The translations under genes were made by a program, and so were the position numbers. DNA of 64,000 nt from an uncultured Candidatus Saccharibacteria bacterium (GTDB taxonomy: Bacteria; Patescibacteriota; Minisyncoccia; Phycocordibacterales; WO2-35-19): contig CAZVUY010000004.1 of the NCBI GenBank assembly GCA_964630525.1, forward strand, positions 11,448 to 75,447. The letters are read 5' to 3'. A model generated the notes under the pieces. It saw only the letters and a program-made list of their open reading frames with translations. It was not told the origin of the DNA and did no database searches. Of the stretch, positions 47,997 through 58,400 are shown in pieces. Numbering within the stretch: position 1 is the first letter of the stretch; the number at the start of each line of letters is the position of its first letter.

Positions 47997-48929
47997 ATGG
48001 AAATGGAAATGGCAGTATTTGTGGTCTGGATTTTGGTGGGTGTGGTGTTTGTCGCCACACTTGGTTTGTGGGTCGCTCTTGGGCTTACGAATCGCTACCG
48101 CAAAATCCCTCATTTCTTTTGGAACCAGGTTGGGAGCCAGATTGCATTCTGTGCAACCAGCGACTTCTATGTCGCCAAAAAGAAAGGCCATCCGGTTCAA
48201 ACTCCGGGTGGGAGAGATGTGGTTGTTGTGAACGAAACCTTTAGTTTTCATTCGGGTTGCGTCGACTCAAATAGGAAGTGCGAATGGTTTTATCCACGCG
48301 CTTTTCAGCCTGAACTTTTTGTTCCGTTCGCGTCACATTCAATCAATCTTCCGGAAGAGATTAATTTTTTGCATCAAAAATATTTGGACCAGGGGTGGAT
48401 AAGAAAAAAACAAGAACAAAACAAATCTCATTTTTTCCGGATGAGGTTTGCTGAAGAACAATATAGGATCAGCGAGTGGTTGTTGTGGTGTTTGACAATC
48501 CTTTTCGTCCTCCTGGTATTCGCTTTTCTGGGCCAGTCTCACTTAAACGGAATATCTAATAATGAAAGGATTGTGTCAGTATACCTTACTGACGACAATG
48601 GCGAGGTGTATGAGGTCAGCTCGAAGAGGAAGGATGCTCACAAGCTTCTTGTCCTTGAATCGCCCAACCGAACTCTTTTCAAGGGAACGGTCCAGTCGGC
48701 GCAAACTCTAAGCAGTAACATGCATAGAGCCTGTGTTGTCTCAAAAAATCAATCTACTCTTTGTGGGTTTGTTGCGCCCTCCTTGGTTCCACAGAAGGGT
48801 GATACGGTTTACTTGAGAGTTGCGGAATTCATGCATTCTCTCGGTAAACCGAGAATATTTGGGGTGTGGGTAGTCCCGGATAAGGATGCCCAAAATCTCA
48901 TCAGATCCGGTTTTGCTGTTGAGGAGTGA
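47997..48929 (+). CDS. Hypothetical membrane protein (2 TM)
   Basis: SD AGGAG; two hydrophobic segments; no family recognised. Confidence 0.7.
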   Translation: MEMEMAVFVVWILVGVVFVATLGLWVALGLTNRYRKIPHFFWNQVGSQIAFCATSDFYVAKKKGHPVQTPGGRDVVVVNETFSFHSGCVDSNRKCEWFYPRAFQPELFVPFASHSINLPEEINFLHQKYLDQGWIRKKQEQNKSHFFRMRFAEEQYRISEWLLWCLTILFVLLVFAFLGQSHLNGISNNERIVSVYLTDDNGEVYEVSSKRKDAHKLLVLESPNRTLFKGTVQSAQTLSSNMHRACVVSKNQSTLCGFVAPSLVPQKGDTVYLRVAEFMHSLGKPRIFGVWVVPDKDAQNLIRSGFAVEE

Positions 48930-48988
48930 GAGTTTGTTGGTGGCGAGCTTGGACTGGTTGTCTGGCTCGCCTTTTTATTTGGTTTTAT

Positions 48989-51934
48989 CTAATACTTACA
49001 ATACTTACAATCAGGATCCTCACATTTTTGGGAGAGGAGCTGGCCAGACCAGACGGTATCGATGAGGAGGGTGATCTGATCTTCGACTGATCTAATGTCA
49101 GCCTCTTCGATTGGTAGAGAGATGGTCGGGCAGCGACCCTTCTCATCAGGTCTCACGAAAACCAAAGCCGGCTCGATCGTTTTGCTTTTATATTTTTCTT
49201 TATCTTTGAGTAGCATTTTATAAAAAACCAATTGTCGGAAATAGTCGCCATTTTCGTTCAAGGTTCCCGCCCGCAACGCTCTCGCTTGCGAGGCGGGCGG
49301 GTCCCCTTTGATGGCATTTACACTCATCGCTTTTTTGGTTTTGTAATCATAAATCAAGATATTTTTTTCTTGTTCTATTACTGTATCTAGTTTGCCATGT
49401 ATACGAAATGTAATTTTTTCTTTTCCATAAGTATGGACCATCTCTTTCTCTTGCCACTCTTCAGTGAGTACTCGGCCGGGCTGATTGAAGTGAGGCACAA
49501 GTTCGCTTGCTACTTTAGGCGCATCTTCCAACAGCTCTTTGAGGATAGTTTCTTTTTCAAATTTGAATAATAAAGATTTTTCCAAATAATTTCTGATTGC
49601 CGTTTCTATAGTGTGCTTTATTTCAACCTCACTTTTGTTTTGATGCTGCCAGACTTGGCGCATCGCTTCGTGCATGGCATTGCCTTTTTCGGAAGTTGGG
49701 TTTGGTGCCTCGGGCAGTTTCAGAATGCTTTTGTAGAAAAATTTGTTTGGGCATTCTAGAAAATGGTTGAGCGCGGTGACAGACAGCCCTTTTTCTAGAA
49801 TCACACTTTTGGCAAACTCTATTTTCTCGGTATCCAGCCTGTTTTTTAGAGTCTGCAAGCTCTTTGGTTCCGCTTCTTTTGTTTTTGGTTCTGGGGTTTG
49901 TACTGACAATTTGTTCACTCCTAACTCATCGATAAAACGCAATGGAGTCGTGGTTTTGCCCGCGGAGCTTTCGAGATGGTAGCTTATGGTTACCGCCTTT
50001 TTGGCTCGAGTCAGGGCTACATAAAAGAGTCTTCGGTCGTCTCTAATATCGTCCTCATTTTCTTTTTCTCGCGGTAGGACGAAGGTGCCACTGCGGTCTC
50101 TTTTGATCCAACTCTCCTCCAGAGCATAAGGCAAGAATACATAGTCGAACTCCAATCCTTTGGAGCCGTGAGCAGTCATAATATGAATCTGAGCCCCATT
50201 TTTACCGGCTTTTATTTTGACAGAGCGCCTCTCGGCTGTTTTTTTGTAAGAGAGCAAGGCTTCGATCAAGCTCTTCGGACTCTCTATACCTTGCGAGCGG
50301 GCTATTTCTTCACTTAAATTCAAAATGGCTCGCCAGACCGCACTACCGAGCGTCGTCATTTGAGCGATCTCTGTAAAACCAGAGACTTGGGCTGCATAGA
50401 CAAGGTACTCAATGACACCAGAGTGGTTGATCACTTTTTGTAGTTCTTCGATTTGCGGTAGCTGGGAAAATATTTCCTGAGTTTTGTGGGAGCGAGCGAG
50501 AGCAATAAGCTTGGTTTGATCAGCAAAAGAGAGTTGCCAGAGCCCCCGGGCAAAGGTATCGGCCAAACTCTCTATCTTGCTTGGGTCAGCCAAAAAATCT
50601 ATCAGTGCAAAATACATTTGACCTATCGGATGCTCAAAAATGTTAGCCCCTTTTTCGGCTTGGGCAGGAATGCCGTTCTCTTCGAGGGTGGTGAGAAGTC
50701 TCTCGACATCGCTATTGCGGCGGACAATGATGGCGATTGTGCTTTCTGGATCTTCTTCTTTAATATTTTTTAATTTTTCTACCAATACGATCTCCTCGGT
50801 GGTCTGGTCGGGACAGATGGAGAGTTCGATCGGTTCGGGCTTCAACTTGCTTTTGGCGAGCAGTTTGACTCTCAAATCCTCATGCTCCCCCTCCTTATAA
50901 TTTTTTTCAATCATTTGGAAAGCAGTGTCCAGGATATCTTGATGAGAGCGATAATTTTCTTCTAGTGGAATAATTTTCATATTGCCCCAGGTTTTTTGGA
51001 AGCCTAGGAAATTTTCGACCGAAGCACCCTGAAAGCGATAAATGGCCTGCTTTTCATCTCCCACTACAAACAGGTTGGGGCTTTCAAAAAAATTGGCGAT
51101 CAGTTTGACGATCAGGTTTTGGGTATCATTGGTGTCTTGGTGCTCGTCGACCATGAGGTAAAGGTATTTTTCTTGCAAACTACGGAGCAACACCTCATCG
51201 GCCCGGAGTGCCTGAAGCAATTCGAAAAGCATGTCATCAAAATCGATCTTTCTCTCCTCCTTCTTTATTTTTTCGTATTCTTCGTAAACTTGAGCGAAGA
51301 GAATTGTTCTTTCACATTTTTCAATGCGTTTCAAAGCTTCTCCTTTTAGTTCTCCTTTGGTTTTGCCACGGGTGGAGAGACTACTCTCACCGTTCTTGAT
51401 TCTCTCGGTTTCTTCTCTGGCGAAGCTTGCTACCATCTCTGGTGTCCAAGCCTCTCTTTTGCAATCGCTCACCGTGCCGATAATTTTGCCTACATAGTAT
51501 TCTGGGTCGCCGCTTGGTCGCAATTTGGCAAACTGAGGTTGTTTTAAAATTTTTCTAATCAGATTTTCGGCCTCAACTTCTGTTAGCTCTTTCGACCGAG
51601 CGAGATGTGGGAAATGATCTTCAAATTCTCGGATCACTGACATGGCAAATCCGTGGAAGGTGTGGATCGGTATTTCGAGCGCTCGCTCACCTATTATTGT
51701 TCGAAGCTTGGCTCGCATGGCTCTTACTCCTGCATCAGTGAAAGTGAGAGCCAAGATGCCGGAAGGTGGTGTGTCGGTTAAACGCAAAATATTGGCGATT
51801 CTGAGGGTTAAAATGGTGGTTTTGCCAGTCCCAGGGCCTGCTATCACCATCACCGGCCCCTCAATACTATCCACTGCCTCCTTTTGGGCTTTGTTTAGCT
51901 TTTTATATTCAATCTCAAAATCTTTGGTCTCCAT
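48989..51934 (-). CDS. UvrD/REP-family helicase fused to a PD-(D/E)XK nuclease (AdnAB/AddA-like)
   Basis: AGPGTGKT, VDEHQD, GDEKQAIYRF, HGSKGLEF, YVALTRA, GKLD..DYKT, C-terminal Cys cluster. Confidence 0.92.
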   Translation of the reverse strand: METKDFEIEYKKLNKAQKEAVDSIEGPVMVIAGPGTGKTTILTLRIANILRLTDTPPSGILALTFTDAGVRAMRAKLRTIIGERALEIPIHTFHGFAMSVIREFEDHFPHLARSKELTEVEAENLIRKILKQPQFAKLRPSGDPEYYVGKIIGTVSDCKREAWTPEMVASFAREETERIKNGESSLSTRGKTKGELKGEALKRIEKCERTILFAQVYEEYEKIKKEERKIDFDDMLFELLQALRADEVLLRSLQEKYLYLMVDEHQDTNDTQNLIVKLIANFFESPNLFVVGDEKQAIYRFQGASVENFLGFQKTWGNMKIIPLEENYRSHQDILDTAFQMIEKNYKEGEHEDLRVKLLAKSKLKPEPIELSICPDQTTEEIVLVEKLKNIKEEDPESTIAIIVRRNSDVERLLTTLEENGIPAQAEKGANIFEHPIGQMYFALIDFLADPSKIESLADTFARGLWQLSFADQTKLIALARSHKTQEIFSQLPQIEELQKVINHSGVIEYLVYAAQVSGFTEIAQMTTLGSAVWRAILNLSEEIARSQGIESPKSLIEALLSYKKTAERRSVKIKAGKNGAQIHIMTAHGSKGLEFDYVFLPYALEESWIKRDRSGTFVLPREKENEDDIRDDRRLFYVALTRAKKAVTISYHLESSAGKTTTPLRFIDELGVNKLSVQTPEPKTKEAEPKSLQTLKNRLDTEKIEFAKSVILEKGLSVTALNHFLECPNKFFYKSILKLPEAPNPTSEKGNAMHEAMRQVWQHQNKSEVEIKHTIETAIRNYLEKSLLFKFEKETILKELLEDAPKVASELVPHFNQPGRVLTEEWQEKEMVHTYGKEKITFRIHGKLDTVIEQEKNILIYDYKTKKAMSVNAIKGDPPASQARALRAGTLNENGDYFRQLVFYKMLLKDKEKYKSKTIEPALVFVRPDEKGRCPTISLPIEEADIRSVEDQITLLIDTVWSGQLLSQKCEDPDCKYCKY

Positions 51935-51948
51935 GTGGGGATTATAAC

Positions 51949-51983
51949 AGAAAAACTCCCACCTTTTTGGCGGGAGTTTTTCT
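51949..51983. terminator. Intrinsic terminator after rpoD
   Basis: agaaaaactccc..gggagtttttct. Confidence 0.7.
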
Positions 51984-53215
51984 TACATATAATGCTGTAA
52001 TCGTTTTGTTTTTTCGTGTTGGCGCATTTTTTCGAGTGCTTTGGCTTCGATCTGGCGGATACGTTCTCGGGTGACACCAAATTCTTTACCCACATCTTCG
52101 AGGGTGTGGTAAACACCATCGATGAGCCCATTTCTCATCTCAATAATTTTCTTTTCTTTCGGCGGCAGGTCGGCCAAGATTTCCTGGAGTTGATCTTTGA
52201 TAATCCGATGGTTGGCTTCCTGATCAGGGGCGAGGATTTTGTCATCGGCCAAGAAGTCGCCGAGGGTTGATTTGTCCTCTTCATCACCGACTGGAGTTTC
52301 GAGCGAGAAGGTGCCCTGGTCAATCTTTTCGATCATATAAATTTTTTCCGGTTCGATACCCATCTCGATGGCGATCTCCTCTGGTAGCGGGTCCCTTCCC
52401 AAATCCTGCAAAAGTCTGCGAACTACTTGTTTGTATTTGGCGATCGTCTCCACCATATGCACTGGTACTCGGATGGTGCGTGATTGGTCGGCTAGAGCGC
52501 GAGTGATCGCTTGGCGGATCCACCAAGTGGCGTAGGTCGAAAATTTGTAACCCTTGGTGTAGTCGAATTTGTCTACCGCTTTGAAAAGCCCAAGGTTGCC
52601 TTCTTGGATCAGGTCCAGTAAAGTGAGGTCAGCGCTGCGGTTGGCGTATTTCTTGGCGATCGAGACCACTAATCGCAGGTTGGCTTTGGCCAAGATGTTG
52701 CGAGCGCCAGCGTCGCCGGCGACGATTCTTTTGGCCAACTCTTTTTCCTGGGCACCAGAGATCAGTTGATGGCGACCGATCTCTTTGAGGTACATCTGGA
52801 TTGAATCATAAGAGGCATCGTCTTTGAAATAATCTTTTTCTTTGCCCAATGAGTCTTCAAGTAGCTTGCCGCTTTCTAAAACGTCGATTCCTTCAGTGGC
52901 GCATTCCTCGTACATTTTTTCTAAAAGTTCCACATCGTTTTCAATCTGTGGGAATTCTTTGAGGATCTCATCGAAGGTGATGAAGCCTCTTTCTTTGCCT
53001 TTGGCGATCAGTCTCGCCTGCTTGGCAAGTGCTTCGGAAGCAGGTTTGGCTACTACTTTTTTGGTAGCTGCTTTTTTGATTTTGGCAACAGGTTTTTTTG
53101 TTTTGGTTTTTGTTTTTTGAATCTTAGCCTTTTTTAGTCGGGCTGCTTTAATTTTTTTATAAACTTCTTTTTTGTTGCCGCCACTCTTTTTTGTTTTTTT
53201 AGTTTTTTTGACCAT
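51983..53215 (-). CDS. rpoD: Primary sigma factor (RpoD/SigA) with Lys-rich N-terminal extension
   Basis: [45 protein letters not shown]. Confidence 0.96.
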   Translation of the reverse strand: MVKKTKKTKKSGGNKKEVYKKIKAARLKKAKIQKTKTKTKKPVAKIKKAATKKVVAKPASEALAKQARLIAKGKERGFITFDEILKEFPQIENDVELLEKMYEECATEGIDVLESGKLLEDSLGKEKDYFKDDASYDSIQMYLKEIGRHQLISGAQEKELAKRIVAGDAGARNILAKANLRLVVSIAKKYANRSADLTLLDLIQEGNLGLFKAVDKFDYTKGYKFSTYATWWIRQAITRALADQSRTIRVPVHMVETIAKYKQVVRRLLQDLGRDPLPEEIAIEMGIEPEKIYMIEKIDQGTFSLETPVGDEEDKSTLGDFLADDKILAPDQEANHRIIKDQLQEILADLPPKEKKIIEMRNGLIDGVYHTLEDVGKEFGVTRERIRQIEAKALEKMRQHEKTKRLQHYM

Positions 53216-53258
53216 CTTTTTATTTAAAATTGATAATTGGCTTGTTGATAATTGTTAC

Positions 53259-54953
53259 TTAAATTTTGATTTCATAATCCCTAATCCGTTTTTGTATTTT
53301 TTCAAACTCTGTTCGCACCTCCTTTTCTCTAGTTGCCGAGATGTCCGGATCATCCAAAATAGACGCGGTTTTTTGCAACTCTTTTTTCAGAGTTTGGAGC
53401 TCAATCCTTTTTAATAAGATCGACCAAGTTTTTTCTGTACCGTCCTCTTTGTCATCTTTTGAGCTGTGTTGTTCGGCTAGAAAACTGAGAGCTTCTTTTT
53501 CATCCTGATAAGAGAGTAGTATTTCATCAACCTCTGCTTGACCGGCTATCTTTTGCCACTCTTTTCTGGTGTGACTCTCCTTTTTTCCGCCCCGGCTTTC
53601 TTCTAGGAAAACGAAACCAGCCATCAAGCGCTCAAGATTTGGTATTGGTAATCCGACATCCTTTACTATCTCGCCAGTCTTTTCAGCCTCTTTTATTTTG
53701 GCGACATCCTTCCAGACTGTTTCGGTGCTAACTCCCAGTTTGGCGGCTACTTTGTTTACAAACTGAGCCTTCTCGATATCGCTCTTGATAAAACTGATGA
53801 GGGGTAGCACGTTTTCCAAAATATCTCTGGTCACTTTTCTGCCCTGCCCTATTCCGGAATTGTTGATCATGAAGTCGATGAAGTGTACTGAGTTTCGTAA
53901 AGATTGTTTCCAAAGTTCAGGATTTTTTTTGACAGTTGAGGCCGGATCTTCGCCAGGTTCGAGAGAAGCGATCTTTGCCTCCATGCCTAGTGAAAGGGCG
54001 AGTTCGGCTGCGCGTCTGGCCGCTTTTTCTCCCGCCGAGTCAGAATCGTAGGCGATGATAATCCGATTCGATAATTTCTGAATCTTTTGGATATGAAGCG
54101 GTGAAAGAGCGGTTCCGGAGGAAGCGACGGTGTTTTGGACTCCTGCCTGGTGAGACATGACCAGATCCATCTGGCCTTCTACTAGGACCGCGTAATCCGC
54201 TTTTCGGATATTGGTCTTGGCTAGGTGAAGGCCGTAGAGTGTCTCTGATTTGTGGAAGAGTTTGGTTTCTGGCGAATTCAGATATTTCGGTATTTTGGGG
54301 TCATCCTTTAGGGTGCGGCCCGAGAAGGCAACTGTCCGGCCAGCACTGTCACAGAGTGGAAACATTATCCTGTCTCTAAAGGTATCATAATATTTACTCT
54401 CATTTTCAACTTTTTTAATCAAGCCGGTGGCCAACATCTCTTCTCTACTAAACCCCTTGCCTTCCAGATGGTCGTGCAGATTGCGCCAACCTTCTTTGGC
54501 GAAACCCAAATGCCATTTTTTAAACGAATCCTCGTTTAAACCTCGACGCCGCAAGTATTCTTGTATTTTTTGGTTTCCATCTAACATTTGGCTGAAATAA
54601 TCAGCCGCCTGGTCCATTATCTCAAAGAGCCTATCTTTCTCGCCATCTTCCCTGGCATCTTTTTTGGCATATTTTATTTCGACGCCAGCTCTTTTGGCTA
54701 AAGATTCGAGAGCCCCTTTAAAATCAAGACCTTCGAATTTTTCTACAAAAGAGAAGATGTCTCCTTTTTCACCGCAACCAAAACAGTAGAAAGATTGTCT
54801 CGTTGGTGAGATGAAGAAGGAGGGAGTTTTTTCGTTGTGGAAAGGGCACCGGGCTTTGTAGTTGATACCAGCTTTTTCTACTTTCACATAGGAACCAATA
54901 ACATCTACGATGTCTAGTTTTTCCTTTATTTGTCCAATATTGGAGGAAGTCAT
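53259..54953 (-). CDS. dnaG: DNA primase
   Basis: CPFHNEKTPSF..CFGC, KYLNSPET, EGQMD, YDSDSAG. Confidence 0.97.
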   Translation of the reverse strand: MTSSNIGQIKEKLDIVDVIGSYVKVEKAGINYKARCPFHNEKTPSFFISPTRQSFYCFGCGEKGDIFSFVEKFEGLDFKGALESLAKRAGVEIKYAKKDAREDGEKDRLFEIMDQAADYFSQMLDGNQKIQEYLRRRGLNEDSFKKWHLGFAKEGWRNLHDHLEGKGFSREEMLATGLIKKVENESKYYDTFRDRIMFPLCDSAGRTVAFSGRTLKDDPKIPKYLNSPETKLFHKSETLYGLHLAKTNIRKADYAVLVEGQMDLVMSHQAGVQNTVASSGTALSPLHIQKIQKLSNRIIIAYDSDSAGEKAARRAAELALSLGMEAKIASLEPGEDPASTVKKNPELWKQSLRNSVHFIDFMINNSGIGQGRKVTRDILENVLPLISFIKSDIEKAQFVNKVAAKLGVSTETVWKDVAKIKEAEKTGEIVKDVGLPIPNLERLMAGFVFLEESRGGKKESHTRKEWQKIAGQAEVDEILLSYQDEKEALSFLAEQHSSKDDKEDGTEKTWSILLKRIELQTLKKELQKTASILDDPDISATREKEVRTEFEKIQKRIRDYEIKI

Positions 54954-54955
54954 GG

Positions 54956-55426
54956 AAAGATTTAAAGATGAAAAGAAGTAAAGATTGGGAGTAATGCTTT
55001 ACTTTTTATTACTGGTAGAGATTAAGAATTTTCGGAAGTTTGATAATTGGGCTGAGATATTTTCGATCTTCGAGCACAATTCTATGAACTCTTCCTTGTT
55101 TATGTATTCATTATCTTCCAGGAGGTGAAGTATCGATCTGACTTCACCCGCCGATCCTTTGGCGATATTCAGGAAATTGGCGAATTCTTTGTTTGATCCC
55201 CTTTCAAACCCTTCAGCGATATTTAGCATTATGGAGTAAGAGGCACGTTTCAGTTGGTCTACAAGAGAGAAATCTTTTTGTAATTTCTGATGCGTGTAGA
55301 TAATGTTATAAATTCTGTTTACGAATTCCTTCGACTCATTCCATACTTTGATTTCTTCAAATCTTTTGTACTGCATGAGCGTGTTTTTTTAATCTTTCCT
55401 TCTTTCCATTTTTGCTTCTTTTAATC
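54956..55426. repeat. Inverted octamer arrays flanking the four-helix-bundle gene
   Basis: aaagattt-aaagatga-aaagaagt-aaagattg (54956-54987) and aatctttc-cttctttc-catttttg-cttctttt-aatc (55391-55426). Confidence 0.65.
54999..55376 (-). CDS. Four-helix-bundle protein (23S rRNA IVS protein-like family)
   Basis: FEEIKVW..DQLKRASYSIMLNIAEGFER..FLNIAKGSAGEV. Confidence 0.92.
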   Translation of the reverse strand: MQYKRFEEIKVWNESKEFVNRIYNIIYTHQKLQKDFSLVDQLKRASYSIMLNIAEGFERGSNKEFANFLNIAKGSAGEVRSILHLLEDNEYINKEEFIELCSKIENISAQLSNFRKFLISTSNKK

Positions 55427-58400
55427 AAGCCTCCCTATCCAACTTTTCTTGCAGTTCTTTGATTGTCTTGTATTTGTCGCTACCTTTAAAGCCAGTACCA
55501 GCTGGTATCAATCGGCCAATGATCACATTTTCTTTGAGGCCACTGAGTTCATCTTCGGTACCACGCAGTGCGTTTTGGATAAGCATACGGGTGGTATGTT
55601 GGAATGAAGCTGAGGAAAGGAAGCTCTTTCTTGAAAGCGAAACTTCAGTGATACCGAGTAGTAATGGTTCTGATTTGGCTTCATCTTTGCCAAGTTTTTT
55701 CATTTCCTCATTTTCTAGCAAGAGATCTTGTTCGGAAACAACATCACCCTGAGAGAATCTGGTGTCGCCCGGATGTTTGATCTTTCTTCTTGAAAACATT
55801 TGTTTGATGATAACCTCGATATGTTTTCGAGAGACTGGTTCACCCTGGAGTTCGTAAATTTTGGTAATCTCGTTGATGATGTAGTTTTGGGTCTGTTCTT
55901 TGCTGGTGTATTTGAAGAGTTCGTCGAGATCGACTGAACCGTCGGTCATCAGATCACCCTTTTTCACCTTATCTCCAACTTTGACCATGATCACTCGGTG
56001 GTAGTTGACCAAGTATTCGGTGTTCGATTTGGCTTTTGAACGATCAGCCTCATCGGGCAAGATGATGATCATCTTATCTTTTCCTTCAACCTTAATGTCG
56101 CTGACGGTACCATCTACTCTGGCGATAACGGCAGGGTTTTTAGGTGAACGGTTTTCAAAAACTTCTTCGACTCTTGGCAAACCGGAGGTGATATCTCCAC
56201 CGACAGAGGCGGTACCTCCAGCGTGGAAAGTTCTCATGGTTAGCTGGGTGCCTGGCTCACCGATCGCTTGGGCGGCTACTGTACCCACTGCTTCACCGAG
56301 GCCGATAATCTTGTTTTTACCAAGGTCGGCGCCGTAGCAACGAACACAAACTCCGTCTAAAGTTTTGCAAGTGAGCGGAGAACGGACCACCACACTTTCT
56401 ACACCATTTTCTTCAATCAGGGCGACATCGTCTCGGGTCAAGAAATGATTCTTCTTCAAAATCACCTCGCCGTTTTTACCCTTGATATCTTCGGCTAGAA
56501 ATCTACCCTTGGCTATTTTACCTATCGGTACTTCGATTCCAGAAGAGCTGATTTTGTTGAGGACGACACCTTCTTTGCTACCGCAATCTTCCTCGCTGAT
56601 CAGACAGTCCTGAGCAACATCGAAAAGTTTTCTGGTCAGGTAACCAGCTTTGGCGGTATTGAGCGCGGTGTCAGACAGACCTTTGCGGGCGCCGTGAGTG
56701 GTGATGAAGTATTCGATCGGAGTCAAACCTTCTTTGTAAGAAGAGATGATCGGGAAATCGATCGTCTCTCCAGTCGTGTTGACGATCAAACCTTTCATGC
56801 CTGCCATTTGAGTAAGCTGACCGATCGAACCTCTGGCCTCTGATTTTACGAGGTCGTAAACCGAACCCGATTTGTCCATCGCTTCTTGCATCGACTTCTG
56901 CACTTCTTCTTTGGCTTCGGTCCACTTCTCGATATTTTTTGCTCGCTTTTCATTTTGCGACAAGAGACCAGCGTCAAATTGTTCTTGAATTAGGGCGACT
57001 TTTTCCTTGGCCTTTTCGATGATCTCGTATTTATTGGCCGGAATAGTGACATCGTCAATGCTCCAAGTAGTACCAGAAGTAGTGGCATATTTGAAGCCGA
57101 ACTCTTTGATCTTGTCCATGATACTTGGGATCGATTCGATGCCGTATTTTTGGATCAAGTCATCAACCATACCGGACATTTTTTTCTTGTTGATTTCTGC
57201 GTTGATGAATGGGTAGTCGTTTGGCAAGACAGAGTTGAAGAGGAGCCGGCCGACAGTAGTTTCAAAAAGTTCACCATTGAATTTGGCATATTTTGGCGAA
57301 TCAGTGCCAAGCACTTTTATCTTGGCTCGGAAATCAACCACCCCGAAGTCATAAGCGGTGATGGCGCTGTTTGGATTGCCAAACATCATACCCTCCCCTT
57401 TTTCACCAGCGACGTCCTTGGTCATCCAGTAACAGCCCAAAATGATATCGAGTAGTTTGTTGGAGACAGTCGGATCACCACTACCTGGCTTCAAAATGTT
57501 TTTATCTGAGGCCATAATGGTCTGAGCTTCAAGCTGAGCTTCCGGAGAAAGTGGGACGTGGACCGCCATCTGGTCTCCATCGAAGTCGGCATTGAAAGCG
57601 TTACAAACCAAAGGATGAACCTGGATAGCGTTACCCTCAATCAGGATTGGTTTGAAAGCTTGGATACCAAGTCGGTGCAAAGTCGGTGCTCGGTTGAGCA
57701 ATACATAACGGTTTTTGATCACTTCTTCCAAAATCGCCCAGACTTCCGGTATTTTGTCTTCGATCAGTCGGCTGGCGCCACGCACGTTGTAAGCCAATTC
57801 TTGTTTTAGCAAAGCTGAAATAACGAATGGTTTGAAAAGTTCGAGGGCCATGTGTTTTGGTAAACCACACTGGTCGAGCTTCAGCTCCGGTCCCACCACG
57901 ATCACCGATCGGCCGGAATAATCTACTCGTTTACCGAGCAGGTTCTGACGAAACAAACCTCTCTTGCCTTTCAAGTTGTCAGCCAAACTCTTGAGTTCTC
58001 TAGCTCGGCTAGCCTGGGAGACTACTTGCTGGCTGTTGTTGTGGCGGATGGAGTTGTCTATCAAAGCATCTACCGCTTCCTGCAAGATTCTTTTTTCGTT
58101 TCGCAAGATCACGTCCGGAGCGCTGATCTCCTTGAGTTTTTTCAATCGATTGTTGCGGTTGATCACGCGTCGGTACAGGTCGTTGACATCGCTGGTTGCG
58201 TAGCGACCGCCGTCGAGCGGCACCATCGGACGCATTGCTGGTGGGATAACTGGTATTCGAGTGAGGAACATCCATTCTGGTCGGGTGTTAGAACGAATCA
58301 TGGTTTGGATCAAGGCCAGTCTCTTGGCGATCTTGGTTGTTTCCACTGATTTTGAATTATCCAACTCCTCCTTGATTTTAGTCTCCAGCTTGTGAAGATC

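Noticed and set aside
53040-53215. T-rich low-complexity tract
   Set aside because: It simply encodes the Lys-rich N-terminal extension of RpoD.
54999-55376. Diversity-generating retroelement (Avd-like gene)
   Set aside because: No reverse transcriptase and no TR/VR pair differing at adenines was seen in the window.
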